64,000 nt of DNA from the human T2T-CHM13v2.0 reference genome, Homo sapiens. Below are positions 38,201 to 49,770 of the stretch, piece by piece (within the stretch, counting starts at the first letter, position 1; each line of letters starts with the position of its first letter). The stretch is taken from assembly GCA_009914755.4 (NCBI GenBank), contig CP068257.2:21184001-21248000 (forward strand), in the 5' to 3' direction. Made by a program: the position numbers and the translations under genes. A model generated the notes under the pieces. That model had not been told where the DNA came from, ran no database searches, and saw only the letters and a program-made list of their open reading frames with translations.

Positions 38201-39039
38201 AGTTAAATTCTGTTAAAATGGTAGGATTGGTAGGATGGTGCAAAATAAAGATAGTGTAGACAGACGTACATCGACATCAATGGTTAAGACATCATGTTCT
38301 TTGGAGTTTCTAAGTATGAAATGACTTTTACTTGTAAACATATAGTTCATATACACCTAACATATAATTTACGATGTTACATTTATATGTCTTTGATTAT
38401 GTTGACACTAACTAGCATTTGCATGCAGACATTTTTTTTTTCTTAGTAATATCCCCTGCTATGAAATTTTATCTTGAGTCTATCTAACATTTATAAAGTC
38501 TTGAAATTGGATAATTGTTGCTTCTCTTTTAGAATTACTTTCATTATTTAGTACAACTCTGATAACTCTAGTAGTAAATAACTCATACCTCTTTACATAG
38601 AAGAGTCTTTGTTAAGGATAAAGTTTCCATAGTTGTTGTTCAATGGGTATAAAGTTTCAGTTATACGAGACAAATAAGTTGTGGATGTCTGCTGTACAAC
38701 ATGGTGCTCCTAGTTAACGATACAGTATAGTATAGCACTTTAAAATTTTAAGGGGCAGATCTCATGTTAAGTATTGTTACCACAAGTACACACATGAAAA
38801 CTGACAAGTGCTGGACATGTGTATTACCTCGATTGTGATGATAGTATCACAAATGTTTGCATGTGTCTAAACTTACCAAATTGTATACAGTAATATATGA
38901 GGTTATTTGTATATCAATAATACCTCAATAAAGCTGATAAAAATGCAAAAGAAAGCAAAAATAAGTAAATCTGGGTTCAACATTCAATATTGTTTATTCA
39001 AATCTGGACCAGTGAACAACAAACCATTATAACTGAGAA

Positions 39040-39235
39040 AGGTAGAACTGACATTTCTAGTTAACAACTATGATTCCTGTAGTCAGATTTTCTGAGTTAG
39101 AATCCTGGGTTAGAATCCTTCCCTGCAAATTGCATGACTTTTGGGTGATTACTTAATCTCAGTGAACAACAGGTATTTTATCTTGAAAATAGGGATGAAA
39201 ATAACCTCTGTTCAAATGATGTAATTAATGTAATG
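39040..39235 (+). mobile_element. MIR-like SINE fragment
   Basis: …gaatcctgggttagaatccttccctgcaaattgcatgacttttgggtgattacttaatctcagtgaacaacaggtattttatcttgaaaatagggatgaaaataacctc resembles the MIR core (…ctgggttcgaatcc…tgtgaccttgggcaagttacttaacctctctgtgcctcagtttcctcatctgtaaaatgggg…). Confidence 0.5.
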
Positions 39236-39815
39236 TGATATAACGGAAACAGTTATAGTACTAACATGCTCAATAAACATTAGTTTTTATTATCTCTTAA
39301 GAGTGCTCATTCTGAATATGTCCAATTCTAATGATTTTCTTTTCTTCCTTATTAAGGAATGCAACAGTGATGACAATTATACATTGTTTTCTCTGAAGCT
39401 GGACTGCCTGGAATCTGCCATGTTTCAGCCATGGCCTTACATTAATCACTTGCCATTTCTAAGTTTCAGTTGCTTTTATTTAAAATGTGGTAAATACCAG
39501 TGAGTGCTTAATGCCCAGAGTTTTCTGAGGTTTAAAGAATCAATATATTTAAAGCAATTTATAAAGAGTTTAAGGCATATTTATCATAATGATATTATAT
39601 TATTTAATTTTAAACACCACTGTTTTATATTTTAAATATATACATACTTTGTGAATTTTAATTTTTTATAGGGAAAAACATCATCTGAAACTGTTTGTTG
39701 TCTTCCTTTCAATATGAAGAAAAACGCAGAGCTATTTATAAAACTTTGACCAAACTTTGATTTTACACCATTTTGTACAGTAGGATGGCAAGATTACATT
39801 AAAGCAGTTAATCTG

Positions 39816-39965
39816 TCAGGCGTGGTGGTACGTGCCTGTAGTCTCAGTTACTTGGGAGGCTGAGGCAAGAGGATCAGTTGAGCCCAGGAATTCTAGTACA
39901 GACTTGGCAACAAAGTGAAACCCTGACTCATAAAATAAAAAATAAAAACAAATAAATAAATAATT
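39816..39965 (+). mobile_element. Partial Alu (right-arm/monomer-like) with A-rich tail
   Basis: gtcaggcgtggtggtacgtgcctgtagtctcagttacttgggaggctgaggcaagaggatcagttgagcccaggaattctagtacagacttggcaacaaagtgaaaccctgactcataaaataaaaaataaaaacaaataaataaataa. Confidence 0.75.
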
Positions 39966-41429
39966 AAAATTTAAAACTATAACTTCATGGGAAAAATATT
40001 CTATCTAAAACCAAACAGTTCTGTAAAACAGTAGAAACTTTTTAAGTACTTATTAAAATATTTTTAGAATTTAAAAACTGCCTGTGTAAACTGTAATACT
40101 ATATAAAAGCATGTGAGACACTAGCTTAAAAACAATAATGAAGAATATGGCTCCAATCAAAGTTATTATAATTCCTTTTTCCTGTACTGTGCAACAAAAG
40201 AATATATAGAAGCAAAGAAGAAGGAAAACAGCTATAACAACAAATAATAGGCAGCCAGAAATTTACATGAAAAAGCTTGATGGAAAAGAACTACTGTGTA
40301 GAAAATAAAAGAAATAGTATAAAAATGTGCTTTTTAAATAGAAAACATACTTAAATTCCATCTTGAGAAATAATTCTAAATCATATTTAATAGTACAATA
40401 AATTTAGAGAGGCAATTATAGTACACTGCATGCCAGCCTATTAATAATTTTTAGGCTGACCATTTAAGGGAGCAAAAGTGTTTTGAATAGTTTTTCACTT
40501 TTCTTTGTCATGACCGAACTGCACTAGATTTAGTCTAGTGCTGATTATCACCTCTCAAGAAATTCTTTACCCATTGCATTAGTTTTCTTCCTTCATTCTT
40601 TCTTTTGCAAGCTAACATGAGTTATTCTACAGCGAATAATGTGAGTATAAGGTAACACACATTTTGACCTTACTCTGCAGTCTGAGAATTGTTGAGCATG
40701 ATAGTGATGTGAATTTGGGTTCTATTATAATATGAATTATTCTGGTCATTATTTACTGAAAAGAATTAGACATTAAGATAAAGATATGCAAGACAAGCAA
40801 AAAGGTGTTACTAAGACCCAGGCTCTTAGTAGACAATAACTAATTTTTGTCCTCCTATTTAGATACTTTGGCTTTCATTTTCCCCCCAAATTTAGAGTGC
40901 AGAGATTGACAGAGAAAATACACTCTGATTATTATTACTAATTGTACCACAGGGTTCTGATATCATGAAGTGTGAAACTGGAATAGCACAGGTCTGGTTA
41001 ATTATTTTACTTAGGTAATTCTAGATTTTTTAAAAGAGGTTTTATTATAACTTTAATTTTAAATCTATATTTATGTTTCATTTGTTCATACATACAAAGC
41101 TGACAATAACTAAGATTGTTACTTTCTAAGTATTAAAGATTTGTCTTTAATTATTTGGACCATGTTCACAATTTTAGTGTGCTTAGGTTATATGTTTGAC
41201 GGAAATTCATTTTGTAAGGATAAAAACAATAAAACTAGCCTATAATTTTATATTTTAGAGATAATTTTCTATAATATTTTTGTTGTGACATTTAAAAATG
41301 AGTTACAAAACTCACTTTATGCTGCTTTTTTCACTAAATAAGTACCAATGCATTTTTCTTGCAATAAAGAATATATATGGCATCAAGTTAAAGAATAGAT
41401 AACATACACTGAGTGATTTTTCCCATTTA

Positions 41430-42605
41430 TATGTATTAATTTTTTAAAAGTTGTTTGCTCTTTTATTAATTTTTAAAAATTATTTTTATAAATGTTTCTT
41501 AGTACATAGGAGGTGTATATATATATTAACACAGTACATGAGATGTTTTTATACAGTATGCAATGTGAAATAACCACATCACGAAGAATGGAGTATTCAT
41601 CCCCTTAAGCATTTATCTTTTGACTTGCAATTGATCCAATTACACTCTTCGAGTTTTTTAAAAATATACAATTAAATTATTATTGACTATAGTCACCCTA
41701 TTGTGCTATAAAGTAGTAGGTCTTATTCATTCTTTCTATTTTTTTTTTAACCCATCAACTATCCCCAACTGCCCCTCAACATTTCCCTACCCTTCCCAGC
41801 CTCTGGTAACCGTACTTCTGCTCTCTGTATTCATGAGTTCAATAGATTTGATTTTTAGATATCACAAATAAGTGAGAACATGTGATGTCTGTCTTTCCAT
41901 GGCTAGCTGAATTCACTTAACATAATAATATCTTTAGGTGTCCTTTACAATTTCCTTCATTAGTGTTTTATAGTTTTCATTAATGAGATATTTTACTTCT
42001 TTGGTTTACTCACATATATTTAATTTTATTTCTTTCTATTGTAATTTTCTTTGTGTCTGTTTCATCCATGTTGCTGCAAATGACATGATCTCATTCTTTT
42101 TTATGCAGAATAGTAATTCATTGTGTATATTACCACATTTTCTTTATCCATTCATCTATTGAGGAACACTGAGGTTGCTTTCCAATCTTAGCTATTGTAA
42201 ACAGTGCTGGAACAAACATAGGAGTGCAGCTATCTCTCTGATATACTGATTTCCTTTCTTTTAGGTATATATCCAGCATTGGGATTGCTGGATCATATAG
42301 TAGCTCTATTTTTAGATTTTTGAGGAACCTCCAAACTGTTCTTAGTGGTTGTACTAATTTACATTCCCACCGATTGTGTACAAGTGTTCTTTTTCTCCAC
42401 ATCTTCACCAGTATTTGTTATTGCCTGTCTTTTGGAAATAAACCGTTTTAACTGGGGTGAGATAATATATCATTGTAGTTTTGATTTGCATTACTTTAAT
42501 GACCAGTGATGTTGAGCATCTTTTTATATGACCATTTGCCATTTATATGTCTTCTTTTAAAAAATGTCTATTCAAATATTTTAGACAATTTTTTGATCAG
42601 ATTAG
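41430..42605 (-). mobile_element. 5'-truncated L1 (L1PB/L1MA-like) 3' UTR and ORF2 C-terminus, reverse orientation
   Basis: Reverse-complement L1 3' end: …tcttagtacataggaggtgtatatatatattaacacagtacatgagatgtttttatacagtatgcaatgtgaaataaccacatcacgaagaatggagtattcatccccttaagcatttatc…tacaattaaattattattgactatagtcaccctattgtgctataaagtagtaggtcttattcattc…cccagcctctggtaaccgtacttctgctctctgtattcatgagttcaatagatttgatttttagatatcacaaataagtgagaacatgtgatgtctgtctttc… through …ctccaaactgttc…ccaccgattgtgtacaagtgttc…tttaactggggtgagataatatatcattgtagttttgatttgcatt. Confidence 0.88.
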
Positions 42606-42616
42606 CTGATCAAAAG

Positions 42617-42787
42617 TAGCTGAGATTACAGGCATGCGCCACCATGTCCAGCTAATTTTTTTGTATTTTTAAGAGACGGGGTTTCTCCATGTTGGTCAGG
42701 CTGGTCTCGAACTCCCAACCTCAGGTGATCCACTCGCCTTGGCCTCCAAAAGTGCTGGGATTACAGGCGTGAGCCACCACGCCTGGC
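42617..42787 (-). mobile_element. 5'-truncated Alu abutting the L1 and an ERV fragment
   Basis: tagctgagattacaggcatgcgccaccatgtccagctaatttttttgtatttttaagagacggggtttctccatgttggtcaggctggtctcgaactcccaacctcaggtgatccactcgccttggcctccaaaagtgctgggattacaggcgtgagccaccacgcctggc. Confidence 0.88.
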
Positions 42788-43200
42788 TGATCTTCACACT
42801 TTTTGACCACTCAGAGAGAGGTCCATCTACGTACCTCTTCCCCCAAATTTCTTTGTCACCAATTTTTCTCTCATGCTTCTTCCAAGTCCCTGACCATCCA
42901 GCCAAACCATTGGCTACAGTCCATGAATCAGTATATAATCACACATCTGGTCATTTCTCCTTCAACGCAAAGTGCACAACCAGGTCCACTGCTCAAAGTT
43001 CTGCCCACTGGGAGGATTTCCTTTCACTGCTGTGCTTCAGGGATGTCCTAGAAAGGGGCTGTAGTGCTGCAGCTGTCCACTTTTGGGTGGTGCCTGCATA
43101 TCATGCAGAGTCATCTGTGAACCAGGCCCTAGTCTTCTCTTCCTCTGTCAACTGATCATAGGGAACTCCCCATGAGGCCATCGGTGCAGGCTGGGGGAGA
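42788..43200 (-). mobile_element. Endogenous retrovirus (class I / gamma-like) pol remnant, RNase H domain, reverse orientation, truncated on its 3' (integrase) side
   Basis: Minus-strand translation reads …PYDQLTEEEKTRAWFTDDSA.YAGTTQKWTAAALQPLSRTSLKHSSERKSSQWAEL.AVDLVVHFALKEK.PDV.LYTDSWTVANGLAGWSGTWKKHERKIGDKEIWGKRYVDGPLSEWSKSVKI. This is the retroviral RNase H motif series (TDGS…, …SAQxAEL.A…, YTDS.…ANGL.GWS), with in-frame stops. The track ORF 42696..42905 (-) is its tail, running into the Alu. Confidence 0.7.
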
Positions 43201-44450
43201 GAAGGCAAGGTGGCAGGAGTGAAGACCATGGGCATTTGAGCCACTTCCTTGTGTAACTTACTTGTGCCTTCAGGACCTGCTCAAGCCCAATCACATATAT
43301 ACCACTTCCAAGGTCATCCAAGACCTGAGTGGGTCTAGAGATGCCATCCAGGAGTCAGAGACTGGAGTCAAAAGTTTTAGAAGTCTACCTTGTATTCTAT
43401 TGTATTGTAGCTGAGCTGGCACTCAAACCACAGGACACTATCATTCCCACTCTTTCCAAAGACAGAGAGGCTTCACTCCATAGCCACTACAACTCCGGGC
43501 TGTGAGGAGTACTGCCAAACTACCACCGATGTACCCTTAAGGCTCAAGGAAGGGCTCTTAAGTCAGCTTGTTGTGAATGATGCCTGGCCTGGGACTCGCC
43601 CTTCAGGTCAGCAGGCTCCTTTCTGGCCCAGGGAAGGTCCAGAAGTTCCATGAAAAGTTCAAGTCCTGGAATCAGGGACCCAAAGAGGTCACTTGGTGCT
43701 CTACCTTCCTGTGGTTAGGCTGGTACCTAAGGTTCAAGATAAAGTCCCCTTTACTTTCCTTCTGCTTTTCTCAAGCAGAAGGGGTTTTGCCTTGTAGCCA
43801 CTATGGCCAGCTATGTACTGAATTTCACTTGAAGCCATCAAGTCAGAGGTTCATCCAAGGCGCTCGATTTAGGACCTGGGTATTGCTGCTGGTTATTCAG
43901 GACCCAAGGATTCTTCAATTACCAGGTGTTGAATGCTGCCCAGACTGGGTTCTTTCCTTTAAGGCAGTGGGTTCCCTTCTGGCCCAAGGTATGTCTAGAA
44001 ATGTCATCTTGGAGCTAGGTCCTGGAACAATGGCCCTCCCAACTCTAACCAGTATCTTAACCTGTTGTGGCTGGGCTGGTATTCTAGATCCAAGACAAAG
44101 TCCTCCCCACTCTTCCTTCTCTTCTCCTTAAGCAGAAGAAAAAGGTGTTTTTTGGAACTTCAAGCTGTGCAGCCTGGGGTTAGGGTAAGGGTGATGCCAG
44201 CTCTCCCTTAGTCACCCCAGCTGGTGCCTCAGTATGTCACATGCCCCTCAGTCCACTGTCTCTGGGCCTAGTTCAGGACTCACCTAATAGTTGCAGTCTT
44301 TATGGTCTAGACTGCCTTTCAAGTTCTCTTGGAGGCACAGAGCATTTTGGCTCGCAGTGGTGGTTTGCATCTCTTCAGTGCCTCTTGAAGCGGTATGGAG
44401 TTTACAGTGTTAAATAAAACCAGGTGCTATGAGTGCTCACCTGATGTTTG
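43200..44450 (-). mobile_element. ERV-like internal sequence continuing upstream of the RNase H remnant (degenerate), containing a ~330-bp tandem duplication
   Basis: Contiguous with the pol remnant. 43620-43795 and 43975-44150 share a unit (ctggcccaggg/ctggcccaagg … ggtcctgga… cctgtggttaggctggtacctaaggttcaagataaagtcccc / cctgttgtggctgggctggtattctagatccaagacaaagtcctcccc … tcaagcagaag). The 184-aa track ORF 43577..44131 (+) is produced by this duplication and is internally repetitive. Confidence 0.45.
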
Positions 44451-44469
44451 CTTCTAACGAGGGTGTGTT

Positions 44470-44660
44470 TATTTAACTTTCATTTTATTTTAACATTTAG
44501 GTTTGGGGGTACATGTGAAGGTTTGTTATATAGGTATACTTGTGTCATGGGGGTTTGTTGTATGAGGGTGTTTTTTTCTGTGTAGACAGTTTTAACTTGG
44601 TATCTTTTGCGGGGGCGTCGAGATGGGTGGAGCTTTCTATTTTGCCATTTTGCTCCACCC
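44470..44660 (-). mobile_element. Diverged L1 3'-end fragment, reverse orientation
   Basis: tttattttaacatttaggtttgggggtacatgtgaaggtttgttatataggtatacttgtgtcatggggg resembles the reverse-complemented L1 3' terminus (…actttaagttctagggtacatgtgcacaacgtgcaggtttgttacatatgtatacatgtgccatg…). Confidence 0.5.
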
Positions 44661-46646
44661 TGCGTTTCCAGAGTGTTAAGAATGAGTCAGAAACTGTTCT
44701 TAGCCATGACTTGTGTTATCTCATTTATTCTTCATGAGCCATCTGTTAAACTAAATTTGGTGTGAGGATGCCTCCTACTTGAGACCTTATGTAATGAACT
44801 GCAACCTAACTTAGCATTTCAACTGTCTGAGAGCCTAACTAGAGTATACTTTTATAACAAATAGCTGAGGCTCAGCCAATCACAGCAGTCAAGATTCAAT
44901 CAGTCACAGGCAGCCAACTTATCAGACCATGTTCAAATAAGGTAGCTGATGGGCTCTAATCAATGAAGCTGCCTTTAGACCTCATTTTTGTTGTCTGTCC
45001 ATCAATGCTGCCTGCCCACATTGGAGGCCACAGCTCTCTGAAGCTCTTCTCATTCTGAGGGTTGCCTGATTCACCGATCATTCTTTGCTCTGTTAAATTC
45101 TGCTAGATTTAATTTGCCCAGAGTTTTTCTTTTAACACACTTTCTGAGATAGGTGGAGATAACATGATCATCAAACATTATTATCATTTTATTCTCTTTC
45201 CCAAATGAAGACACTGAGTCACAGACAAGAAAAGAACTCAGCCTACTACTAATAGTAAATTTGAAAGTGAGAATTTGAAGCTTGGTAGTCTGGATTGTGA
45301 GCCTGTATAATTAAACCCATGCTTGGCTTATTTAAAGCCACGTAATGTGTGAACTATCATTTATTTAAATTGATACTTCAAGTTTTCAGTGTCTTTTATT
45401 TGAAAACAAAACTGTCATTGTAAACAATTCCAAATCTTGCCATTAGAGAGTATGAATTTTTTTAAGAATTCTATAAGGTAGATATATTTTAAGTTTTTAC
45501 TTCATTTGCACTCCTTAGATTATAATGGAGGTAAATTATCAATGAAATTTCATTGGTAAATTTAATCATTCTTCTGCGAATTCATTTCTGAAGTTTTCAA
45601 ATTTCTCTCATTAGGTTTGTTCTTGTTTTTCTTGCATACCTGAGTTTCCCTTCACTTCTTAAAGGACATGAACACAGCCTCCCAATGCCTTGGTTCTTTC
45701 CCAGAAACACATTTAAATACTTGTTGAGAACAAATAACCACTGAGTATACATAAGACTATCTGTTGCCAACCTTTCTCTATAGTGTCTGAAAATTTTTAT
45801 ACATTATCTTAAGAAACAAAATGGACAGATATAAAGGCAATATAACAGATGAAAATTTAAGTGACCTGAATAAATAAATGATTAGTTATTGCCTGTTCTA
45901 AAAAAATGATAACTCAGTGTCATAAAATTGTAAGTTCCCTTTATTTTATAAATCAAGGCAATAAAAATAAACCATGACGTTTTGAGGAAGGTAGCAGTTA
46001 ACAAGATGATTCTAAAATTTATCTGGTAAAATAGGAGAGTGAGAAATAAATGCAAATATCTATGAGAATTTGGGGGAAGGGAGATTGACAAGGGGTATAG
46101 TTTTACTAGACAATAAAACATAGAATATAGTAATTGAAACATTTATAGTACTAACTGAAGAAAAGATGAGTCAATAAAAATAATAAAAATATCTGAAATA
46201 AATACAAACACGAGATAATTTATTATAAGAGATATGAAATGGATACCAGTAGAAGTTAGTTTTACCATTATGTATGATGTTGGGAAAAGTTATTAGATAT
46301 GTGGAAATAATAATAATAGTGATGACAGTTTTATCACTACTTTTATCATAGTGCTAGATTATACTCACGTTTTACTCAAATTTAGGCATACAAAGGTGTG
46401 GTCTGAGAGGGCATTTCTAATATGCCACAAAATTAGAAATATACATTATTTACGTACATTTGTCTGCATTATAATTAAATATTTCTTTGGTTATAAAAAA
46501 GAAAGTAAACAGTTTAAAAGTGTATCACATCTGACAGATAGAGGCTAACTTAATAAAAAGATTTATAATAGTTAGCAATCAACATAATAACATAATAAAA
46601 AGATTTCTACCTAACGAAAGACAAACACATTAACTTATAATTATTC

Positions 46647-46963
46647 TTTTTTTGTTTGTTTGTTTTTTGTTTGAGAAGGGGTCTTGCTCTGTCACCCAGG
46701 CTGGAGTGCAGTAGCGCAATCTCACCTCACTGCAACATTTGCCTGCTCGGCCCAAGCAATCCTCTCACCTCAGCCTCCTGAGTAGGTGGAAGCACAGCTG
46801 AGTGCCATCACACCTGGCTATTGTTGTTTTTTTTTGTATTTTTGTTAGAGGTGAGGTTTCATCATGTTGCCCAGGCTTGTCTCAAACTCCTGAACTCAAG
46901 CAATCAACTTGCCTTGGCCTCCCAAATTTCTGGGATTACAGGCATGAGCCACCATGCCCAGCC
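46647..46963 (-). mobile_element. Alu SINE
   Basis: tttttttgtttgtttgttttttgtttgagaaggggtcttgctctgtcacccaggctggagtgcagtagcgcaatctcacctcactgcaac … cctcccaaatttctgggattacaggcatgagccaccatgcccagcc. Confidence 0.92.
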
Positions 46964-47319
46964 ATGAACTAATATTTCATACAAAAGAAATATAAATATC
47001 CAACACATGTATGAAAGCTATTTCTTAATTAAGAACTGCAAATTGAAACCCTAAGAGATCCCAGCATTCATGTATCAGATTATTGTATTAAAATTTTTAT
47101 CAATACCAAATATAGACAAAAGTACATAGAAGGAAATATCTTGTGTATGCTGAAGGTAGTATAAATTTGGTTGTGGATTCCTGGTAGTCCAGAGATGATG
47201 TGAGAGAACAACCTGAATGATAAAAATTTCCACACAGAATGGCGGCAGACCAGTTAGTCCAAGTGGTCTCAGAACAATACCCTTGAGAGAGGACATCTCG
47301 GTGCTACCCTTGGTTGTTG

Positions 47320-47440
47320 GAGCCCCAGTGAAGTAAGGAAAGTGTCCCTGCTGGGGAGAGAGGCCAGGCTTGGGAGGTGGGGGTGACTCACCCAAGGTTC
47401 CAAAGCCCAAGCCAGGACATGTGAGTTATTTCTTTAAACC
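47320..47440 (-). mobile_element. Possible MIR-like fragment
   Basis: gtgaagtaaggaaagtgtccc…ggtgactcacccaaggttccaaagcccaagccaggac loosely resembles the complement of the MIR core (ggaaactgaggcacagagaggttaagtgacttgcccaaggtcacacagc…). Weak match. Confidence 0.3.
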
Positions 47441-49412
47441 ACATATCTTGGGAAGGCCCAGGCATCAGTCTTTATGTTTAAAGTCTTTGCCGAAATCCAA
47501 GATTTACATATCAAGATATCCCAAGAATTCTAGTCTCTTGGATTGTGGAGTCCATTATAGAAATCCAACCAGGAAACAAAACCTTAGCTTCAAATTCTTA
47601 ATAATACTCATTTTTCATAGTGGCTCTCTTAGAGCCAGGTTCTCCTCCACTGAACCAGAAAGGAGGAAAAGCACTTTCCTCTGTTTTATGGCTCTGAAGA
47701 GCCACAGCAGTTTTACCTAGGAGGAAAAGGACCCCAGATTCCTAGGTTTTTTGCATGTATCCTACTTTCCATTCACTTTATTTATGTTGGAAAGCAGTGG
47801 TTGATCCAGCACTTGGTAATAGGAACATTTTTTCCCTCTTTTAGTAAACTCATGGTTAATACCTGTCCAAATTATTTTTGCCTCTCTTTCGAAGGTGGGG
47901 GACTCAACAACTATTTTCTTTTCTAGCTTTGGCTTCTGATTAATAATTCTGTCAACTATCCCAAATCCAGAGTAACAGGAAAAGCTTAATCAACATCCCA
48001 TTATATACTAATCTATTGAAGTCTGAAAGAAATAACATAAAATAAGAAAGTTACTATGAGAAGGATTAGATTGTTAATTTCAATATATAGTCCACTATGT
48101 TTTTACCACCATAACCCTTTTTAGTGAGTGCATATTTCATTTATAATTTCAGAAATAGGGAGGAGGAGCAGGGAAAGAAAAAAAAAAGTCTCATTGAATA
48201 AGTATTTTTCTTTCCTTAAAGTAATCTTTGCCTTTACCACAAATCTTTCTCCTTTGAGATTATTTATTTCTAACATTCCTGGAGTGTTAGAAGTATTAGC
48301 AGTGAAAACATTATCCATTAATACTTTAGGGGTAAAAAAAGACAGTGTTTGAGCAAAATGCAGAATACATAGTAAACATGGGGATTTTTGCTGTAGGGAA
48401 CTGTAGTCAAATTTGCTTGTCCCCAGTGGGCCAGTTTGCCAACTTGTGTGTGCTTGAGAGCTAACATTTCCTGTCCTTACCTCTCTGTGCTCCTTAATGC
48501 CTGCCTTGCTTGCTCCTGCATTTGATATCAGCATGCCACTAGATTACTGTCAAACGTTTTCTAGCCAGACATTAGTTTGATGACCTCTCTGCTTTTTTCA
48601 CACTTTGTGTGATTGAACCCAGCTAAAACATGAAATCAACTAACTCTCAGGACAGTACTTTTAACTCATGACTGAAGCCACTCTGCCTATAAAAAAATCT
48701 GTTCCCACCAGGAACAAACATTTTCTTCACCAACTACATTTCCCAGTGATTGTTTGCAATGGTATAAGAACAAAATACAGTTGTATGAGTGGCAGAATTA
48801 TTGCCTTCTTTCATTTCCATTTTGACACTGACAAGAGTATCTGTGATGTACCCTAAATCATAAAGCTCTGCTATACATACATTCATATAAAATGAAACAG
48901 ATTGGGTATTATCAAGACATTGATAAAATGTATATTAAAATTGAAAGCATGTGCTGTTTTGCTACTGGAACACTGAAAAACAAACATTGGACCTGTGTGA
49001 GTTTATAAAAAATAAGCAAAAATTGCACAGAGTTCAATTATTTTTAAAAATAAGAATACTGAAAGATAAGGTTTCCTCAAAGATTAGTGTTATTTACATG
49101 TATCCAATATTTGGAATGCACAGTGTAATACATTTGGCATGGCTATAGTTAGAAACGTGGAGAAAATATTTGCTGTCCATAAACTCTCATTTGGTTAAAT
49201 GGAGAAATACAATATCCTTCTTTATTTGTTGTCCGTGGGTAATTCTTCAGTGCATACAGTTACATAAAAATCCTAAGTTTTTAAAATTGGTTTTGTCTGA
49301 AATTATACATAGGCAATCCTCACTTTGCATGGTTCTGATATTTACAAAATTTACTTACTACTGTTAGTTCATTAAAATCAGTCCCCACAAAACATGGTTG
49401 AAATTTGTCATC

Positions 49413-49770
49413 AAGGTGTATTAATCCATTTTTATACTGCTATAAAAAAACTGCCTGAAACTTGGAAATTTATAAAGAAAAAAGCTTTAATTGACTCATA
49501 GTTCTGCATGGCTAGGGAAGCCTCAGGAAACTTACAATCATGGTGGAAGTCACCTCTTCACAAGGCAGCAAGAGTGAGAATGAGTGCCAAGCGAAGGGGG
49601 AAGCCCCTTATAAAACCATCAGATTTTCTGAGAATTCACTCACTATCATGAGAACAGTATGTGGGAAATGACCCCCTTGATTCAATTATCTCTACCTGGC
49701 CTTGCCCTTGACACACAGGTATTATTACAACTCAGGATGAAATTTGGGTGGACACACAGCCAATCACATC
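49413..49770 (-). mobile_element. THE1/MST-type MaLR LTR (3' LTR of a reverse-oriented element)
   Basis: Reverse complement of the THE1 LTR consensus. It begins tgtattaatccatttttatactgctataaaaaaactgcctgaaacttggaaatttataaag (~ TGTATTAGTCTGTTCTCACACTGCTAATAAAGACATACCCGAGACTGGGTAATTTAT) and ends …caggatgaaatttgggtggacacacagccaatcacatca (~ AGATGAGATTTGGGTGGGGACACAGCCAAACCATATCA). Confidence 0.85.

Noticed and set aside
40529-40549. 8-bp stem / 5-nt loop palindrome gcactaga-tttag-tctagtgc
   Set aside because: Perfect 8-bp inverted repeats with a short spacer are expected by chance many times in 64 kb of AT-biased sequence. No supporting context.
42739-43155. 138-aa plus-strand ORF overlapping the ERV pol remnant
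   Set aside because: The recognisable retroviral RNase H motifs are on the opposite (minus) strand. This plus-strand frame is antisense to pol and begins inside an Alu.
43577-44131. 184-aa plus-strand ORF
   Set aside because: It lies in the antisense strand of an ERV-like internal region and is internally repetitive because of a ~330-bp tandem duplication (…SGPGKVQKF…WLGWYLRFKIKSPL… vs …LGPGTMALP…GWAGILDPRQSPP…). No domain signal.
44590-44650. Local cluster of CpGs (gcgggggcgtcgagatgggtggagc) as a possible CpG island or promoter
   Set aside because: Only ~5 CpGs over 60 bp, embedded in a diverged L1-like fragment. Far below CpG-island length and density criteria.
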